Source: Fidelibacterota bacterium (GTDB lineage: Bacteria; Fidelibacterota; UBA8477; JABMPR01). From it: 64,000 nt of DNA. The notes beneath the pieces are model-generated. The model was not told the origin of the DNA. It saw nothing but the letters and a program-made list of their open reading frames with translations, and did no database searches. Location: NCBI GenBank assembly GCA_018673925.1, contig JABHBL010000088.1, positions 2,516 to 66,515 of the forward strand. Reading direction: 5' to 3'. A program made the position numbers and the translations under genes. Shown here piece by piece: positions 27,527-39,489 of this stretch. Numbering within the stretch: the stretch's first letter is position 1; each line of letters starts with the position of its first letter.

Positions 27527-29180
27527 GCAAAATCCAGATCCCCAGATCAGTCTCCCAACGGGCTCGCACCTTAATTTCATCTGGATAAAACCAAAAGGGT
27601 TCAGACTTTGCAGCAGGTCCCAGACCACCACTTTGATAGCGGCCGTCACCATTCTCATCTATATAGGCAACCAGGGCATAGGATCGTGCAGGTAAACCCT
27701 CCATGGTAATAACTTCGCCGGGTCTAAGCTGAAAATGACGATCAATCCCCTTCCCGGTGAGTCGACATTCCAAAACATCCACTCCCATGTGCATGACCTT
27801 AAGACTACCAAGAGAATCCTGGTTTACGGTTTTTAAACTGCCAGTCATCAGGCTGTCCAGTTCAGGACCATTCAGAGGTGCATGGAGGTGTTTGGTATCA
27901 ATTTGCCATTGGTAGGTTTTACCATCTTCAAGTAAAGAGTCCGTAGTAAACATCCATGCCATCGTATTAACTTTTTCAAGTGAACCTGTTATATAGACAG
28001 AATCCACTTCTTTATCTACCAGGGTAAATGCAGAATCTGATTTGAACAGAACAGGCAGATTTGAGTTAAGTCCAATTCGTGAAGTTTCCTGCGAAATCTC
28101 AAAATTATCACCATTCAGCCAATCAACTTTTATCGCTCCCAGAGCTAAGGTATCAAAATCAGATTGGGTACTAAGGGTCAGGGTATCGGAATTCAGCACA
28201 AAACCACTGGTATCCTCAAAACTATGAATCCAAATCTGAGAACTATCTCTTAGAGGGGTTGCAACATCCAGCATCATGGCAAAATCATCTTCTTCAACTT
28301 TTGATTTTCCCAATATAGGTATCTTAATATCATTAATAAGGAGCTCGACAGATTCTAAAGCTTCTACTGAGACCATTCGATTCGCTCTGATCTGCATGAG
28401 TTGATCGGCTAGCTGAGACACACCGAGCAATTTTAGACTTTCCAGAGGAACAACCTGTGGCCAAATTTTGTGTCTTGTGAGGATGCTATCCGTTCGAGCC
28501 CATACTGAAGCAACTTCTGGTCTACCAAAATAATCATCACCATCAATCAGCTTATTCTTGTTGCGATCCCAATGATAAAAAAGCGTGTATGAACGTTCAG
28601 ACAGATAGGGTAGCTCAAAATTACCAGCTCCATCAGGTTGAAAAACATAATCAGCCTCCTGTTGTCTCAATAATCCAAGATCCGTATCAAACTGGCGATA
28701 CAGCAGGAGGTCCCCGTTTTTTTTAATATCTTTTGCACCGGAGATTGTCCCCACCAAGCGACCAGCGTTCAAGTCATCACCCGTACTAAAAGCCATGACA
28801 TAGGTAGCCTCAAGCCCATTACCTCGAAGATCCTGGGCACCTTTGTCCAGGGTGAGGAGATAGGTTTCATTAGAGTCAAGCGCTTCACTAAAAGATATTT
28901 TTAACCAGGTCCAACTTGATTTTATCTCGTAGTCACCAGGAGGGCGTGGCCAGATCTGCAGAGAAGACGTAAAAGTTGATTTCTTCATCTGTTCATTAAA
29001 TTTTATCAAAATCTCTGTGTTGGGATCCACATTGACGGTCTCATTCTCAGGTAAGCTGAAAATGATAAGGGGAGCATCTTTATCTTCAGGACCACCTGTA
29101 ATGGGGCGTTCATTTGCACATGTCATAATCAGCGCCAGCAGTATGGCAAATATGAGCAAAGTATAGTGGCGTTTATGCAT
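27519..29180 (-). CDS. Lipoprotein with an N-terminal Big_5/SbsA-type Ig-like domain
   Basis: Signal peptide plus lipobox LIMTC; KDAPLIIFSLPENETVNVDPNTEILIKFNEQM matches the Big_5 pattern. Confidence 0.5.
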   Translation of the reverse strand: MHKRHYTLLIFAILLALIMTCANERPITGGPEDKDAPLIIFSLPENETVNVDPNTEILIKFNEQMKKSTFTSSLQIWPRPPGDYEIKSSWTWLKISFSEALDSNETYLLTLDKGAQDLRGNGLEATYVMAFSTGDDLNAGRLVGTISGAKDIKKNGDLLLYRQFDTDLGLLRQQEADYVFQPDGAGNFELPYLSERSYTLFYHWDRNKNKLIDGDDYFGRPEVASVWARTDSILTRHKIWPQVVPLESLKLLGVSQLADQLMQIRANRMVSVEALESVELLINDIKIPILGKSKVEEDDFAMMLDVATPLRDSSQIWIHSFEDTSGFVLNSDTLTLSTQSDFDTLALGAIKVDWLNGDNFEISQETSRIGLNSNLPVLFKSDSAFTLVDKEVDSVYITGSLEKVNTMAWMFTTDSLLEDGKTYQWQIDTKHLHAPLNGPELDSLMTGSLKTVNQDSLGSLKVMHMGVDVLECRLTGKGIDRHFQLRPGEVITMEGLPARSYALVAYIDENGDGRYQSGGLGPAAKSEPFWFYPDEIKVRARWETDLGIWILHE

Positions 29181-29883
29181 GCTTGTGCTCCAGAGTATAG
29201 GGAATAGAAGATCTCAGGGTCATTGAATCTGGTTTTAATTTTGTCGTGTAGACAACCAATTCTACACCATTGTTAACTGAACTCTGAAGGGCTTGTGCAA
29301 ATTCCGGGTCTCTTCCCCAATGGGGCTCAAAGGAGAGGGCATCTGAGCGTTGGATAATGAATAAGACAGCTGCTGAGCGCGTTAGAGTGATAGATTCGCC
29401 GAGATGCAAGACATGACGTCTCCCTCTCGAAGTCACAGCATCTGGGAATCTGGCGATGCCATCCTCAACCAGGGTGGCTGACTTTACTTCTAACAGTTTT
29501 TCCTGGCCATCTCTCTCCAGCAAAAAGTCAAACCGGGATTTCCCAAGAGTGTATTCCTGCTTTTTGACCGACCATCCTTTGAATTCTGGTATGAGTGAAT
29601 TGTCCAAACAGAAGCGTGTGAATCGATTAGGTAGTTGTGAATTAATAGAAATAAGTTCATCACCAGAATAGACCATCACCGTGGCAAACTTGGTTCTTCT
29701 ATTTTCCCCTGACTTTGGTTCCACCAGGACTCGAGCCCCAGGAAATAATAATTCTTTAAGACGTCCGGGATCTGGAACATGGGAGTCGTGTACCTTGCCA
29801 TCAATTCGAACTTTTGAGAGGAATCGGTTGGGTCGATCCACAAACTCAGCTTCTATCAATCCAGTGGCAAGAGACATCTCCAT
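29173..29883 (-). CDS. sfsA: Sugar fermentation stimulation protein SfsA (nuclease-like DNA-binding protein)
   Basis: N-terminal LIEAEFVDRPNRFLSKVRIDGKVHDSHVPDPGRLKELL matches the SfsA family; 236 aa. Confidence 0.8.
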   Translation of the reverse strand: MEMSLATGLIEAEFVDRPNRFLSKVRIDGKVHDSHVPDPGRLKELLFPGARVLVEPKSGENRRTKFATVMVYSGDELISINSQLPNRFTRFCLDNSLIPEFKGWSVKKQEYTLGKSRFDFLLERDGQEKLLEVKSATLVEDGIARFPDAVTSRGRRHVLHLGESITLTRSAAVLFIIQRSDALSFEPHWGRDPEFAQALQSSVNNGVELVVYTTKLKPDSMTLRSSIPYTLEHKHA

Positions 29884-29885
29884 AT

Positions 29886-31037
<1,152 letters not shown>

Positions 31038-31059
31038 TCAACTCTATATCTAAAATAAG

Positions 31060-32406
31060 TCAAAATATTTCATCTACAGCTGCACTCAAACTACGTACAG
31101 GCACAATGGTAAGTCCCAAATCTTCAAGCCCCTTGTGTTCTCCATGGGGTAGAATGATACGATTGAAACCAAGTTTTTTTGCTTCTTCGACCCTTCTTCG
31201 GATCTGCCCGACGTTGCGAACTTCTCCTCCAAGACCGACTTCACCAATAATGAGGGCACCTGCATCTACCACCCGATTTTTTAAGCTTGAAATAATTGCA
31301 ATAGCGACACCCAGATCTGCAGCAGGTTCTGCAATTTTCAAACCACTCACAACATTTATGAATACATCTTGAGTACCTAATTGGAACCCAGCTCTACGCT
31401 CCAACACAGCCAGAAGCATCTGTAATCTACGTAGATCGAAACCCGTCACATTACGTTGTGGATTTCCATAGGAAGCGCTCGCCACGAGAGCTTGTACTTC
31501 GAGAAAGAAAGTGCGACTCCCTTCCTGACTGGTAACCACCACAGTACCACTTACATCCGAATGACGCTGAGAGAGAAACAGTTTCGCAGGATTTTCAACT
31601 GGAATGAGACCCTCTCTGGCCATTTCATATACACCCAATTCATTGGTAGAACCGAATCGATTCTTGGCTGCTCGCAGGAGTCGAACCTGTGATTGGCGAT
31701 CTCCTTCCAGATATAGAACTGTATCAACGAGATGCTCCAACATTTTTGGACCAGCTAGATAGCCATCCTTGGTGATATGACCCACCAATATGATGCAAAC
31801 ATTCATCTCCTTGGCTATACGTAACAACTGAGCGGCACTCTCTCGTACCTGGCTGATGCTACCAGGTAGATTTTCGCCTGCCTCCGAATAGGCGGTCTGA
31901 ATGGAATCTACAATCACCACAGCGGGTTTTAGCTCATTGATACTCCTGGCAATATTTTCAACGACAGAATCGTTGGCAAACATGAGTTTTTCAGCCTTTA
32001 CTCCAAGACGATCTGCACGCATGGCGAGTTGCTCACCACTTTCCTCACCAGAGAAGTACAATATTGGATGACCAGCTGCAGCCATGAGTCCACTGAGTTG
32101 AAGAAGCAAGGTGGATTTACCAATACCTGGCTGACCACCAAATAAGATGATGCTGCCTTTCACCAGTCCCCCACCCAGAACGGAATCAAATTCCGATTGG
32201 GAGGTTTTTATCCGATTTTCAGCATCACGGGTAATTGAATCAAGGGGTTTTAATTCTGCTCTTTGACCACCGGGGGTTACTTTGAGTTTAGATTGCTTGA
32301 ACTCTTTAACCGTTTCCCAGGCACCACAACTGCCACACCTCCCCACCCATTTAGGATGTTCGGCACCACAGTCATCACAGACATATACAGTCTTAATTTT
32401 GGCCAT
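31060..32406 (-). CDS. radA: DNA repair protein RadA/Sms
   Basis: N-terminal zinc ribbon YVCDDCGAEHPKWVGRCGSCGAW, Walker A GQPGIGKST, KNRFG motif, C-terminal Lon-like domain. Confidence 0.95.
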   Translation of the reverse strand: MAKIKTVYVCDDCGAEHPKWVGRCGSCGAWETVKEFKQSKLKVTPGGQRAELKPLDSITRDAENRIKTSQSEFDSVLGGGLVKGSIILFGGQPGIGKSTLLLQLSGLMAAAGHPILYFSGEESGEQLAMRADRLGVKAEKLMFANDSVVENIARSINELKPAVVIVDSIQTAYSEAGENLPGSISQVRESAAQLLRIAKEMNVCIILVGHITKDGYLAGPKMLEHLVDTVLYLEGDRQSQVRLLRAAKNRFGSTNELGVYEMAREGLIPVENPAKLFLSQRHSDVSGTVVVTSQEGSRTFFLEVQALVASASYGNPQRNVTGFDLRRLQMLLAVLERRAGFQLGTQDVFINVVSGLKIAEPAADLGVAIAIISSLKNRVVDAGALIIGEVGLGGEVRNVGQIRRRVEEAKKLGFNRIILPHGEHKGLEDLGLTIVPVRSLSAAVDEIF

Positions 32407-32427
32407 ATTCTTTTTTACTGACTTTCT

Positions 32428-33201
32428 TTAAAAAACGAGGGTTGCAACTGCGTAATCATTTACCAGGATGATGGTGGCTGAAATAACAAATGCTTGAATG
32501 GCTGCCCGACCAACACCGCTGGCTCCCCGAGTTGCTTTCAGACCAACCCAACAGCTGATCAATCCAACGGATATTCCGAAGGTTAGAGCTTTGGCAATCC
32601 CAGGTATCACATCTTCAGTAACCACAAATACGGACTGGAATGAATTAAAAAACATTCTAACGCTAATATTAAAAAAGGCATCACCTATCAATGCAGCTGT
32701 GAAGAGAGCAATGATATCAGCGACCACAACCAGCAAGGGCATCATGATTATCATGGCTACCACACGTGGTGCTACTAGATGGCGTATGGGGTTGATGCCC
32801 ATGACTTCCAGGGCATCAATTTGCTCGGTAACCTTCATGGTAGCGATCTCAGCACCAATGGAGGAACCATTGCGACCAGCCAATACCAACGCAGTCAGGA
32901 CAGGTCCCATCTCAGACAAAATACCTACTGCGACGATTTGCCCGAAAAATCTAGGTGGCAGTGTATCTTCCAACTGATAGGCACCCTGCCATCCGGCTAC
33001 AGCACCGGCGAAGACAGCGATAATGCTTACCAGAGGAAGAGCTTTCACACCCAATCGATAAAGTTGTTCGTTGTACAGAACCCGATCCTGATGGAAGTAG
33101 CGAATACATTTTAAAGCCTGGCCTAAGAGGATGAATACTTCACCAATATTAGCAACCAGACCTATAGTTTCGCGACCAAGCAGCCGAATCAGTTTTAGCA
33201 T
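32428..33201 (-). CDS. mlaE: MlaE/YrbE-family ABC transporter permease (lipid-asymmetry type)
   Basis: 257 aa, 5-6 TM, MlaE-type sequence. No adjacent MlaF or MlaD genes in the window. Confidence 0.8.
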   Translation of the reverse strand: MLKLIRLLGRETIGLVANIGEVFILLGQALKCIRYFHQDRVLYNEQLYRLGVKALPLVSIIAVFAGAVAGWQGAYQLEDTLPPRFFGQIVAVGILSEMGPVLTALVLAGRNGSSIGAEIATMKVTEQIDALEVMGINPIRHLVAPRVVAMIIMMPLLVVVADIIALFTAALIGDAFFNISVRMFFNSFQSVFVVTEDVIPGIAKALTFGISVGLISCWVGLKATRGASGVGRAAIQAFVISATIILVNDYAVATLVF

Positions 33202-36200
33202 TAAAAGTCCAGACCGAGGGACCAGATATGCTGACGATTATTCCAGAGAGTATCTTCGGACATATCAAAGGCCATGTCATAGCGGAGCACAAAAATTCCC
33301 AGATTCATACGCATTCCAAAACCAGTGCCCCAGTAGATATTATTTTGATCTTGAAACAGAGCTTCAGGAAGACTCTTACCTGCAATCTGTTGAGCATCCC
33401 AGGTTTTCACCCAATCGCTAAACAATTCTCCCCTCACATTTCCAACCACCATAGATATTGGCCACTTCACAGAGAGATATTCAATAAATGGGAATCGAAA
33501 TTCAGCATTAAAGGCGGTGTAATGATTGCCTGTGTATGCAAAATATGGAGCTCCTCGGACAGGCACTACATATTCTGAAAAATACAGATCCTCATAATCT
33601 GAAAGGATATCGATATAAGCGTTATCCAATTGGTAATTAATCCAGTTTGATATTCCGCCTGCCATAAATGTTTCCGGGGTTTTTCCATAACTACTGGCAG
33701 CAGATGCCCTCAGTGCAAAAGAATACTCACGTCCCACTTTTATATATTTCCGAATATCAGTTCTGAAAGTGGCAAATTGTCGTGATGAGTTCGGCATGTC
33801 AGGCGAGAACCTGAAACCAGTCTCCATACGCCACCCTGATATGGGATACAGACTGCCATACAATACATTATCAAAGCTCAATTTCACTTCTGGAAGTACA
33901 TAGCTTTTATTGACAGAAAATCCAACTCTATCTCGATTCTCAAATGTCCGATCCAAATAACTGATACTCTGATAAATGTTCAACCAGTTCACGCTGGTTT
34001 CAAATCGGGTATATTTTGAGAAAGGATAGTCCAGACCAAATATTGCTCCATATTTCCTAAAATGCCATAGTGCGAGAAAATAGTCAGGGGTGTAACTCAG
34101 ATAATCGTCAGGCAGATTGTAAATCCTGGCGTGCAAATTGGCTCTATTAGGTAAATAGTCATAGCCCAACATGAGATCAGAATTATCCAGGTTACGGTAC
34201 AATTCAAATCCAAATTGAATCTGATGGTTACCCATAATGTCAGAGAATACCATGAGGGCATTACCTTGAACACCAAAAAAGTTGGAATAACCCGCCTGGG
34301 CATCAACCAGATCGACAGTAAAACGAGTCTTGTACTTATTCACCTCATAGGCACCCGTGCTATCCCTGGTGTTTAATACGACTGCCTCAGGTGCTTCTGT
34401 TGTACCTTGTGCTTCTGAAAACTGATCTCCATAGGCAAAAACATGGGTCTCAAAGGGATTGATATTCTGATTCTCAGGAACCGGCATTGAATCAGTATAT
34501 GTCAAATCCAGTTGGATATTTTTCCGCTTTAGATAATTTGAAAATGAGGGAGTGTTGGCCTGCTCTTTTAGCGCGAGGGGGTTGTTCATGGTAAATATAT
34601 CCCATCCACCCTTCTCATATCCTGCAAAGACAAGTCTGGAATCATCCTTACTCCAACTTATTTGAAAGATACCTGTCATGATATCTGTTACGGGTATTTC
34701 AATCTCCGTTTCAAAATCATAAAAGTAGATATTCCATATTCCGCTACGATCTGAAGTGTAGGCCAATTTCGGGCTTGTGTTTGCATAACTTGGTGAATCC
34801 TCACTACCAGGTGTGTTGGTGATCCGCTTGATATGTCCAGATTCAATATTCATAGTGAAAATATCTGTTGAGCGAAAATCATGGTTATGCAGTATTTCAC
34901 GAGACTGTGGAGAGCCTGGAGTGACCAGACCTGTCAGCAATGAGTTACCACGATCAGATACGAAAGCCAACTCCTTACCATCTGGTGACCAGGTAGGTCG
35001 TGTATCTGAAAATAAATCTCTGGTAAGTTGTGTAACCTCTTTGGTTTCAAGTGAGTAAAGAAACAGGTCACTGGCTCCATCCTTCAATCCTGAGAAAACC
35101 ACCGATTTACCATCTGGCGACCAGGATGCGGTGAAAATTCCGTCCAATCCAAGTTTGCGAACCTTCCGGGTTTCCTTCTCTGTGTCAAAGAAAATTAGTG
35201 CATCTTCATTGCCAGATTTTGCTGTAAACACGAGGTGCCTATTGTCTGGCGCCCATGACAAACCAGGGCTCAACCATTTTAATTCTTCCAGTTCAGCTGT
35301 ACGTTGACCCGAAATAATTTTGGTTAGCTCTCGTCCATCATCTGAGGACATTACATAGATATCTGCGTATCCGGATCGATCTGATAGAAAGGCAACTTTG
35401 CCCCCATTGGGAGAAATCGCAGGACTTACATTAAAATAGTTTCTGATTTTACTGTGATCAGTCAACCGGTGGCCTACATCGTCCAGGTTGCTACGGCCTT
35501 CAATGTCTGGCCAATAATCTTTTCGCACTGAGAAATGCCATTTTTCAGTCAAGGTTTCTAGATCCAGGTGGAGGGTATTCTCAATGGCTTTGGGAACGTC
35601 CTTAAAATGGCGCGTCTCATGTAAAATTTCACCAATGCGTTCCACACCAAAAGTTTCTCCAATATATCGAACAACACTTTGGCCACCCTTATAGGCCATA
35701 TAGTAGTTCAGGTATTGAATGGGAGGTAGACTTCCATTGATGGCTGCATCGCGAATAATCATATCGGCTCGAGAGTCCCAGTCCAGGGAGGAATACTCAG
35801 CATATCCTTCACTCAACCATAGTGGAATATTCACTCTCATTTTTCCTGAGACAATGGATTGTACATTCCCACCGAAGATGAGGTCATTGACGACAGCATG
35901 GGTTAGTTCGTGATGGAGCACATGTCTGAATTGTTCATAACTTCCTTCAAAGGGTAGTACCACTCGGTTCTTAAACAATTCTGTAAAACCACCAATACCT
36001 TCTTGCAGATATCCCAGGGTCACATTGGTCTGCTGAAAGTCGTTGTGAGAATTATATACCAGTATGGCTATGCGCTTGCTAAGACGCCAGTCTAATTGAT
36101 ATGATATTTGATCATAAGATTTCTCAGCTACGTTTGCAGCAAATTCTGCGATGGACTCACCACCTTCATAAAAATAGACATCAAAATGGGGGGTCTGGAT

Positions 36201-36365
36201 AAATGACCAATCCATTCCACGATATTGCACTTTATTTTTTCCATATTTTGCCTCGACTGGATTGACCATAACAATCAATGCAATCATGGCAGTCAACAGA
36301 ATCTTCTTTATAGGATAAATATTCTTCATATTATGGTGTATGCCGGGAGCTCCTTTGGGTTCCAA
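33201..36365 (-). CDS. Outer-membrane protein: N-terminal Peptidase_MA-like zinc metallopeptidase domain, PD40/TolB-type beta-propeller repeats, C-terminal beta-barrel
   Basis: HExxH (HHELTHAV) plus downstream SEGYAEY (gluzincin third ligand). PD40 repeats SPDGKSVVF, SPDGKELAFVSDRGN, SPKLAYTSDRSG. C-terminal residue F after alternating hydrophobic strands, as in an OMP barrel. 1-bp overlap with mlaE. Confidence 0.55.
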   Translation of the reverse strand: MEPKGAPGIHHNMKNIYPIKKILLTAMIALIVMVNPVEAKYGKNKVQYRGMDWSFIQTPHFDVYFYEGGESIAEFAANVAEKSYDQISYQLDWRLSKRIAILVYNSHNDFQQTNVTLGYLQEGIGGFTELFKNRVVLPFEGSYEQFRHVLHHELTHAVVNDLIFGGNVQSIVSGKMRVNIPLWLSEGYAEYSSLDWDSRADMIIRDAAINGSLPPIQYLNYYMAYKGGQSVVRYIGETFGVERIGEILHETRHFKDVPKAIENTLHLDLETLTEKWHFSVRKDYWPDIEGRSNLDDVGHRLTDHSKIRNYFNVSPAISPNGGKVAFLSDRSGYADIYVMSSDDGRELTKIISGQRTAELEELKWLSPGLSWAPDNRHLVFTAKSGNEDALIFFDTEKETRKVRKLGLDGIFTASWSPDGKSVVFSGLKDGASDLFLYSLETKEVTQLTRDLFSDTRPTWSPDGKELAFVSDRGNSLLTGLVTPGSPQSREILHNHDFRSTDIFTMNIESGHIKRITNTPGSEDSPSYANTSPKLAYTSDRSGIWNIYFYDFETEIEIPVTDIMTGIFQISWSKDDSRLVFAGYEKGGWDIFTMNNPLALKEQANTPSFSNYLKRKNIQLDLTYTDSMPVPENQNINPFETHVFAYGDQFSEAQGTTEAPEAVVLNTRDSTGAYEVNKYKTRFTVDLVDAQAGYSNFFGVQGNALMVFSDIMGNHQIQFGFELYRNLDNSDLMLGYDYLPNRANLHARIYNLPDDYLSYTPDYFLALWHFRKYGAIFGLDYPFSKYTRFETSVNWLNIYQSISYLDRTFENRDRVGFSVNKSYVLPEVKLSFDNVLYGSLYPISGWRMETGFRFSPDMPNSSRQFATFRTDIRKYIKVGREYSFALRASAASSYGKTPETFMAGGISNWINYQLDNAYIDILSDYEDLYFSEYVVPVRGAPYFAYTGNHYTAFNAEFRFPFIEYLSVKWPISMVVGNVRGELFSDWVKTWDAQQIAGKSLPEALFQDQNNIYWGTGFGMRMNLGIFVLRYDMAFDMSEDTLWNNRQHIWSLGLDF

Positions 36366-36504
36366 TAATTCTGATCAAGATAAGCCTCACCCTGATATTT
36401 GTCAAACGCTCAGACCACCTGATTTCGACCAACTTATAACGTTTACATGATTAATTTCCTACAATTCGCATGGTACTTTAGTCAGAGTTGGTTATTTTGG
36501 TTGA

Positions 36505-37275
36505 ATGAATAATAAAGCCTACTTCCTTTCAGATGTGCACCTACGAATCCAGGTTGATGATGTTGAGCGTGAACGCCGCAAAGAACTATTTCTGCTCATG
36601 GACAAGATAAAGACCGAAAAAGCCACCCTCTTTATCGTTGGAGATTGGTTCGATTTCTATTTTGAATATGGTTATGTGGTTTCCCAGGCTTATCTGGATG
36701 TCTATTCAAAAATGAAGGAGTTGGTTGACGCCGGGATTACCATCTACTATTTCGGAGGAAATCATGATTATTGGATTGGACCATTTTTATCGGAGTCAAT
36801 CGGCGTAAAAATTTACCCCAAAGCAGCCACCATTGAGTTTGCGGAGAAGCAATTCTACTTCAATCACGGTGATGGACTTGATCCCGAGGATGTTGGATAT
36901 CACCGCTTACGCAGTGTTATACAGCACCCCCTCTTTATCTGGGCCTTCAGGTGGCTCCTTCACCCCAATGTCACCCATTGGATCGCCAATTGGCTGTCAA
37001 AAGGCAGTAGGAAAAAATACCACAAAGAGACATCCATTGACCACTTGAATCTCATACGTAAAAACTATTCATTTGCAGAGGATAGATTTGCTGAAGGTGC
37101 GGATTTTGTTATCACTGGACATATCCATTATCCAAAATTAAAAATGTTCGACAAAAATGGCTTTCTCACCATTGGAGACTTCCTCAATTATTTCAGCTAT
37201 GGATATTTTGATGGAGTGAATCTATCACTTAAACAATGGCATGTTAAGCAATTGGAACAAAGGGAATTACCTTGA
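36505..37275 (+). CDS. LpxH-like calcineurin-type metallophosphoesterase (UDP-2,3-diacylglucosamine pyrophosphatase family)
   Basis: SDVHL, GDWFDFYFEYG, GGNHDYW, NHGDG and TGHIHYP align with the LpxH metal-binding motifs. Confidence 0.7.
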   Translation: MNNKAYFLSDVHLRIQVDDVERERRKELFLLMDKIKTEKATLFIVGDWFDFYFEYGYVVSQAYLDVYSKMKELVDAGITIYYFGGNHDYWIGPFLSESIGVKIYPKAATIEFAEKQFYFNHGDGLDPEDVGYHRLRSVIQHPLFIWAFRWLLHPNVTHWIANWLSKGSRKKYHKETSIDHLNLIRKNYSFAEDRFAEGADFVITGHIHYPKLKMFDKNGFLTIGDFLNYFSYGYFDGVNLSLKQWHVKQLEQRELP

Positions 37276-37335
37276 CTTCAAGCTGTATTTTCTATAAACT
37301 GATTTGATACTTTTCACGATATTATTGAATAGAAA

Positions 37336-38454
37336 TTGATGGATTTCAACATGAAGCATTTATCCAAACAAGTACTTTTGATCCTGATGCTTGGTCTCGT
37401 CATTGGATCTTTTACCAATTGTAGTTCTTCCAAGGAGGCCACCAAAGCTGGAATTGATGAAGCTTACAGCGATTATAGAGATGGTAATAAAAAGGCCTTA
37501 AACAACCTGATTAGCTTCTACAGAGACACTTCATTGCCCGTAGAAGTTCGCAAGGAAGCCATGTTAAAGGTCATTGAATCCAATGATCCTGTGGGTTTGC
37601 AGGCCATCAGGAATTCCCTCAAAGATGGTAGTGATCTGGATTATACCCTTTTTCAGACAGGTCTTCAGGCCCTTGGAAAAACTAAAGATACTGAAAACAC
37701 CAAAACTATTCTACAGGCCATGGCGGTTAGCCGTACAGGTTATGTGACAGTACGGGATGAAATGTTCACCATCATCGAGGATCAGGTTGATGCTCGTTCC
37801 GTGGCACTCATCTTAAAATTATATGCTGATGCTACGGAAGATTATGCCGCTTTCTTACAGAATTTGACCCTTACCCTTGGCAAAATGGATGATGCGCGTG
37901 TGGTACCCATTCTCATGTCCATTGCGAAAAATAAAAAAATTGATATCTCAATTAGAAATCTTGCTGTAGAGATTCTTGCTACCAAAAATGATCCCGCAGT
38001 TGCCCGTCTTATGGCGGAAATGCTAAGTAATCCCTCGACACAAAATGAAGTTAAAACCTATGCGATCTCCCTAATGGATGAGATGAAGGATGAACGTCTA
38101 CTGTCAAGTATGATTGATGCGCTACACAATGAACAAGTGACCTATTATGGGATGTTGGATGCCATTACTTCTTCATTGGGTAATTTTGACGATCCAGAAT
38201 TAAAAATGGCGCTCGTAAAAGTTGCTCGTGATGATCAGATGCCCAGTCGATTCCGTAAAAGGGCCATTGCATCTCTCTCAGTTTATAAGGACCCCGTGAT
38301 TACAAATCAATTGATTGATATACTGGGCAATCCTGATAATTATATTTTTTATAATGATCTTAGGGTTTTAGTCGGATCCATAGACGATCCTGAACTCCTA
38401 CAGAAACTGCAGCATATTGCTCGCACAACCCAAAGCAAATGGGAGCGTGAATAA
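37336..38454 (+). CDS. HEAT/PBS-lyase-repeat lipoprotein
   Basis: Lipobox FTNC; repetitive helical repeats with conserved D/P spacing; no catalytic motif. Confidence 0.45.
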   Translation: MMDFNMKHLSKQVLLILMLGLVIGSFTNCSSSKEATKAGIDEAYSDYRDGNKKALNNLISFYRDTSLPVEVRKEAMLKVIESNDPVGLQAIRNSLKDGSDLDYTLFQTGLQALGKTKDTENTKTILQAMAVSRTGYVTVRDEMFTIIEDQVDARSVALILKLYADATEDYAAFLQNLTLTLGKMDDARVVPILMSIAKNKKIDISIRNLAVEILATKNDPAVARLMAEMLSNPSTQNEVKTYAISLMDEMKDERLLSSMIDALHNEQVTYYGMLDAITSSLGNFDDPELKMALVKVARDDQMPSRFRKRAIASLSVYKDPVITNQLIDILGNPDNYIFYNDLRVLVGSIDDPELLQKLQHIARTTQSKWERE

Positions 38455-39239
38455 TGACTGTACAAAGAAATCATTCGAGAATCCTGCTGCTTATCATCAT
38501 CGTTTTGCTGCCACTCATGGGACTCTCTCAGAAGAAAAAGAAAACGGCTGGAACCAGTGAAGGATCTGATAAACGGGAGTTTTTTCAACCCAGTGTGAGA
38601 GTACAGGGATCTGATAGTCTGGTTATGGAGCTCCGTCGGGAAGTAAATCAAATCCAGAACGATATGGATCGTATGCGGCTTCAACTGCGAGAGTATGATG
38701 ACTTAAGCGCACCCAGGATTCGCAAAGAGATCAAACGTCTGGTCAACTTTCCTGAGAAAATCAGTGAGATCACTCTAAAAAATGGAACTGTTGTTCAGGG
38801 TAAGATTCTTTCAGAAGATCTGGACAAAATTATCGTTCAGACCAATATCGGAACACTTTCCATTGTTCAAGAGAACATCAAGGAGCTCAAACCATTTGAT
38901 CGTCTCCATGCAGATGTGGTCTTAAAGGGTGAATTTGAAGATCAACGTCATGCTGACAGCCGTGTATTCATCGGACAGGTCACCAATAAGGGGATGCGAC
39001 GCGCAGATTTTGTAAGAGTTCGCTTCCGTCTTCATGATAAACGTACCACTATAATTGCTCAGGATTCTTCATATATAAGTGGTGAACCCTATTCCTTCTA
39101 TTCAGGTGTTATTAGTGAAAGTTCCCTCTCTGCAGGGGAATCTTCCCTATTTAGAGTTGAGGTGAAGTTACCAACTGGAGTTGAAGCAAAGAATATCTCT
39201 TATGTGACTTACAAGGTCTTGTTCGACGAATTCAATTAG
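38454..39239 (+). CDS. Hypothetical secreted protein with coiled-coil segment (start overlaps upstream stop, TAATG)
   Basis: Signal-anchor LLLIIIVLLPLMGLS; heptad-like region ELRREVNQIQNDMDRMRLQLREYDD. Confidence 0.4.
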   Translation: MTVQRNHSRILLLIIIVLLPLMGLSQKKKKTAGTSEGSDKREFFQPSVRVQGSDSLVMELRREVNQIQNDMDRMRLQLREYDDLSAPRIRKEIKRLVNFPEKISEITLKNGTVVQGKILSEDLDKIIVQTNIGTLSIVQENIKELKPFDRLHADVVLKGEFEDQRHADSRVFIGQVTNKGMRRADFVRVRFRLHDKRTTIIAQDSSYISGEPYSFYSGVISESSLSAGESSLFRVEVKLPTGVEAKNISYVTYKVLFDEFN

Positions 39240-39489
39240 AAGTTCAAATCTGCACCAACAGCACTAAAATTTTCATATTCGGGGGAATTTGACATCGGGC
39301 TGGGGAGTTACTCATGATGCCTGAAAAAGAGAAAACTATTCGATAGATGTTCTATTTTCAACCTGAATTATACAATAAACCTTTAAATACATTGTCCTAT
39401 ATTCAAACCCGACTTTTTCGGGTCAGGTACTGGACAATGCATGGTTCAGGTAATAATTAGATTTGATTTAGATAGTTTCAGGAGAGGAA

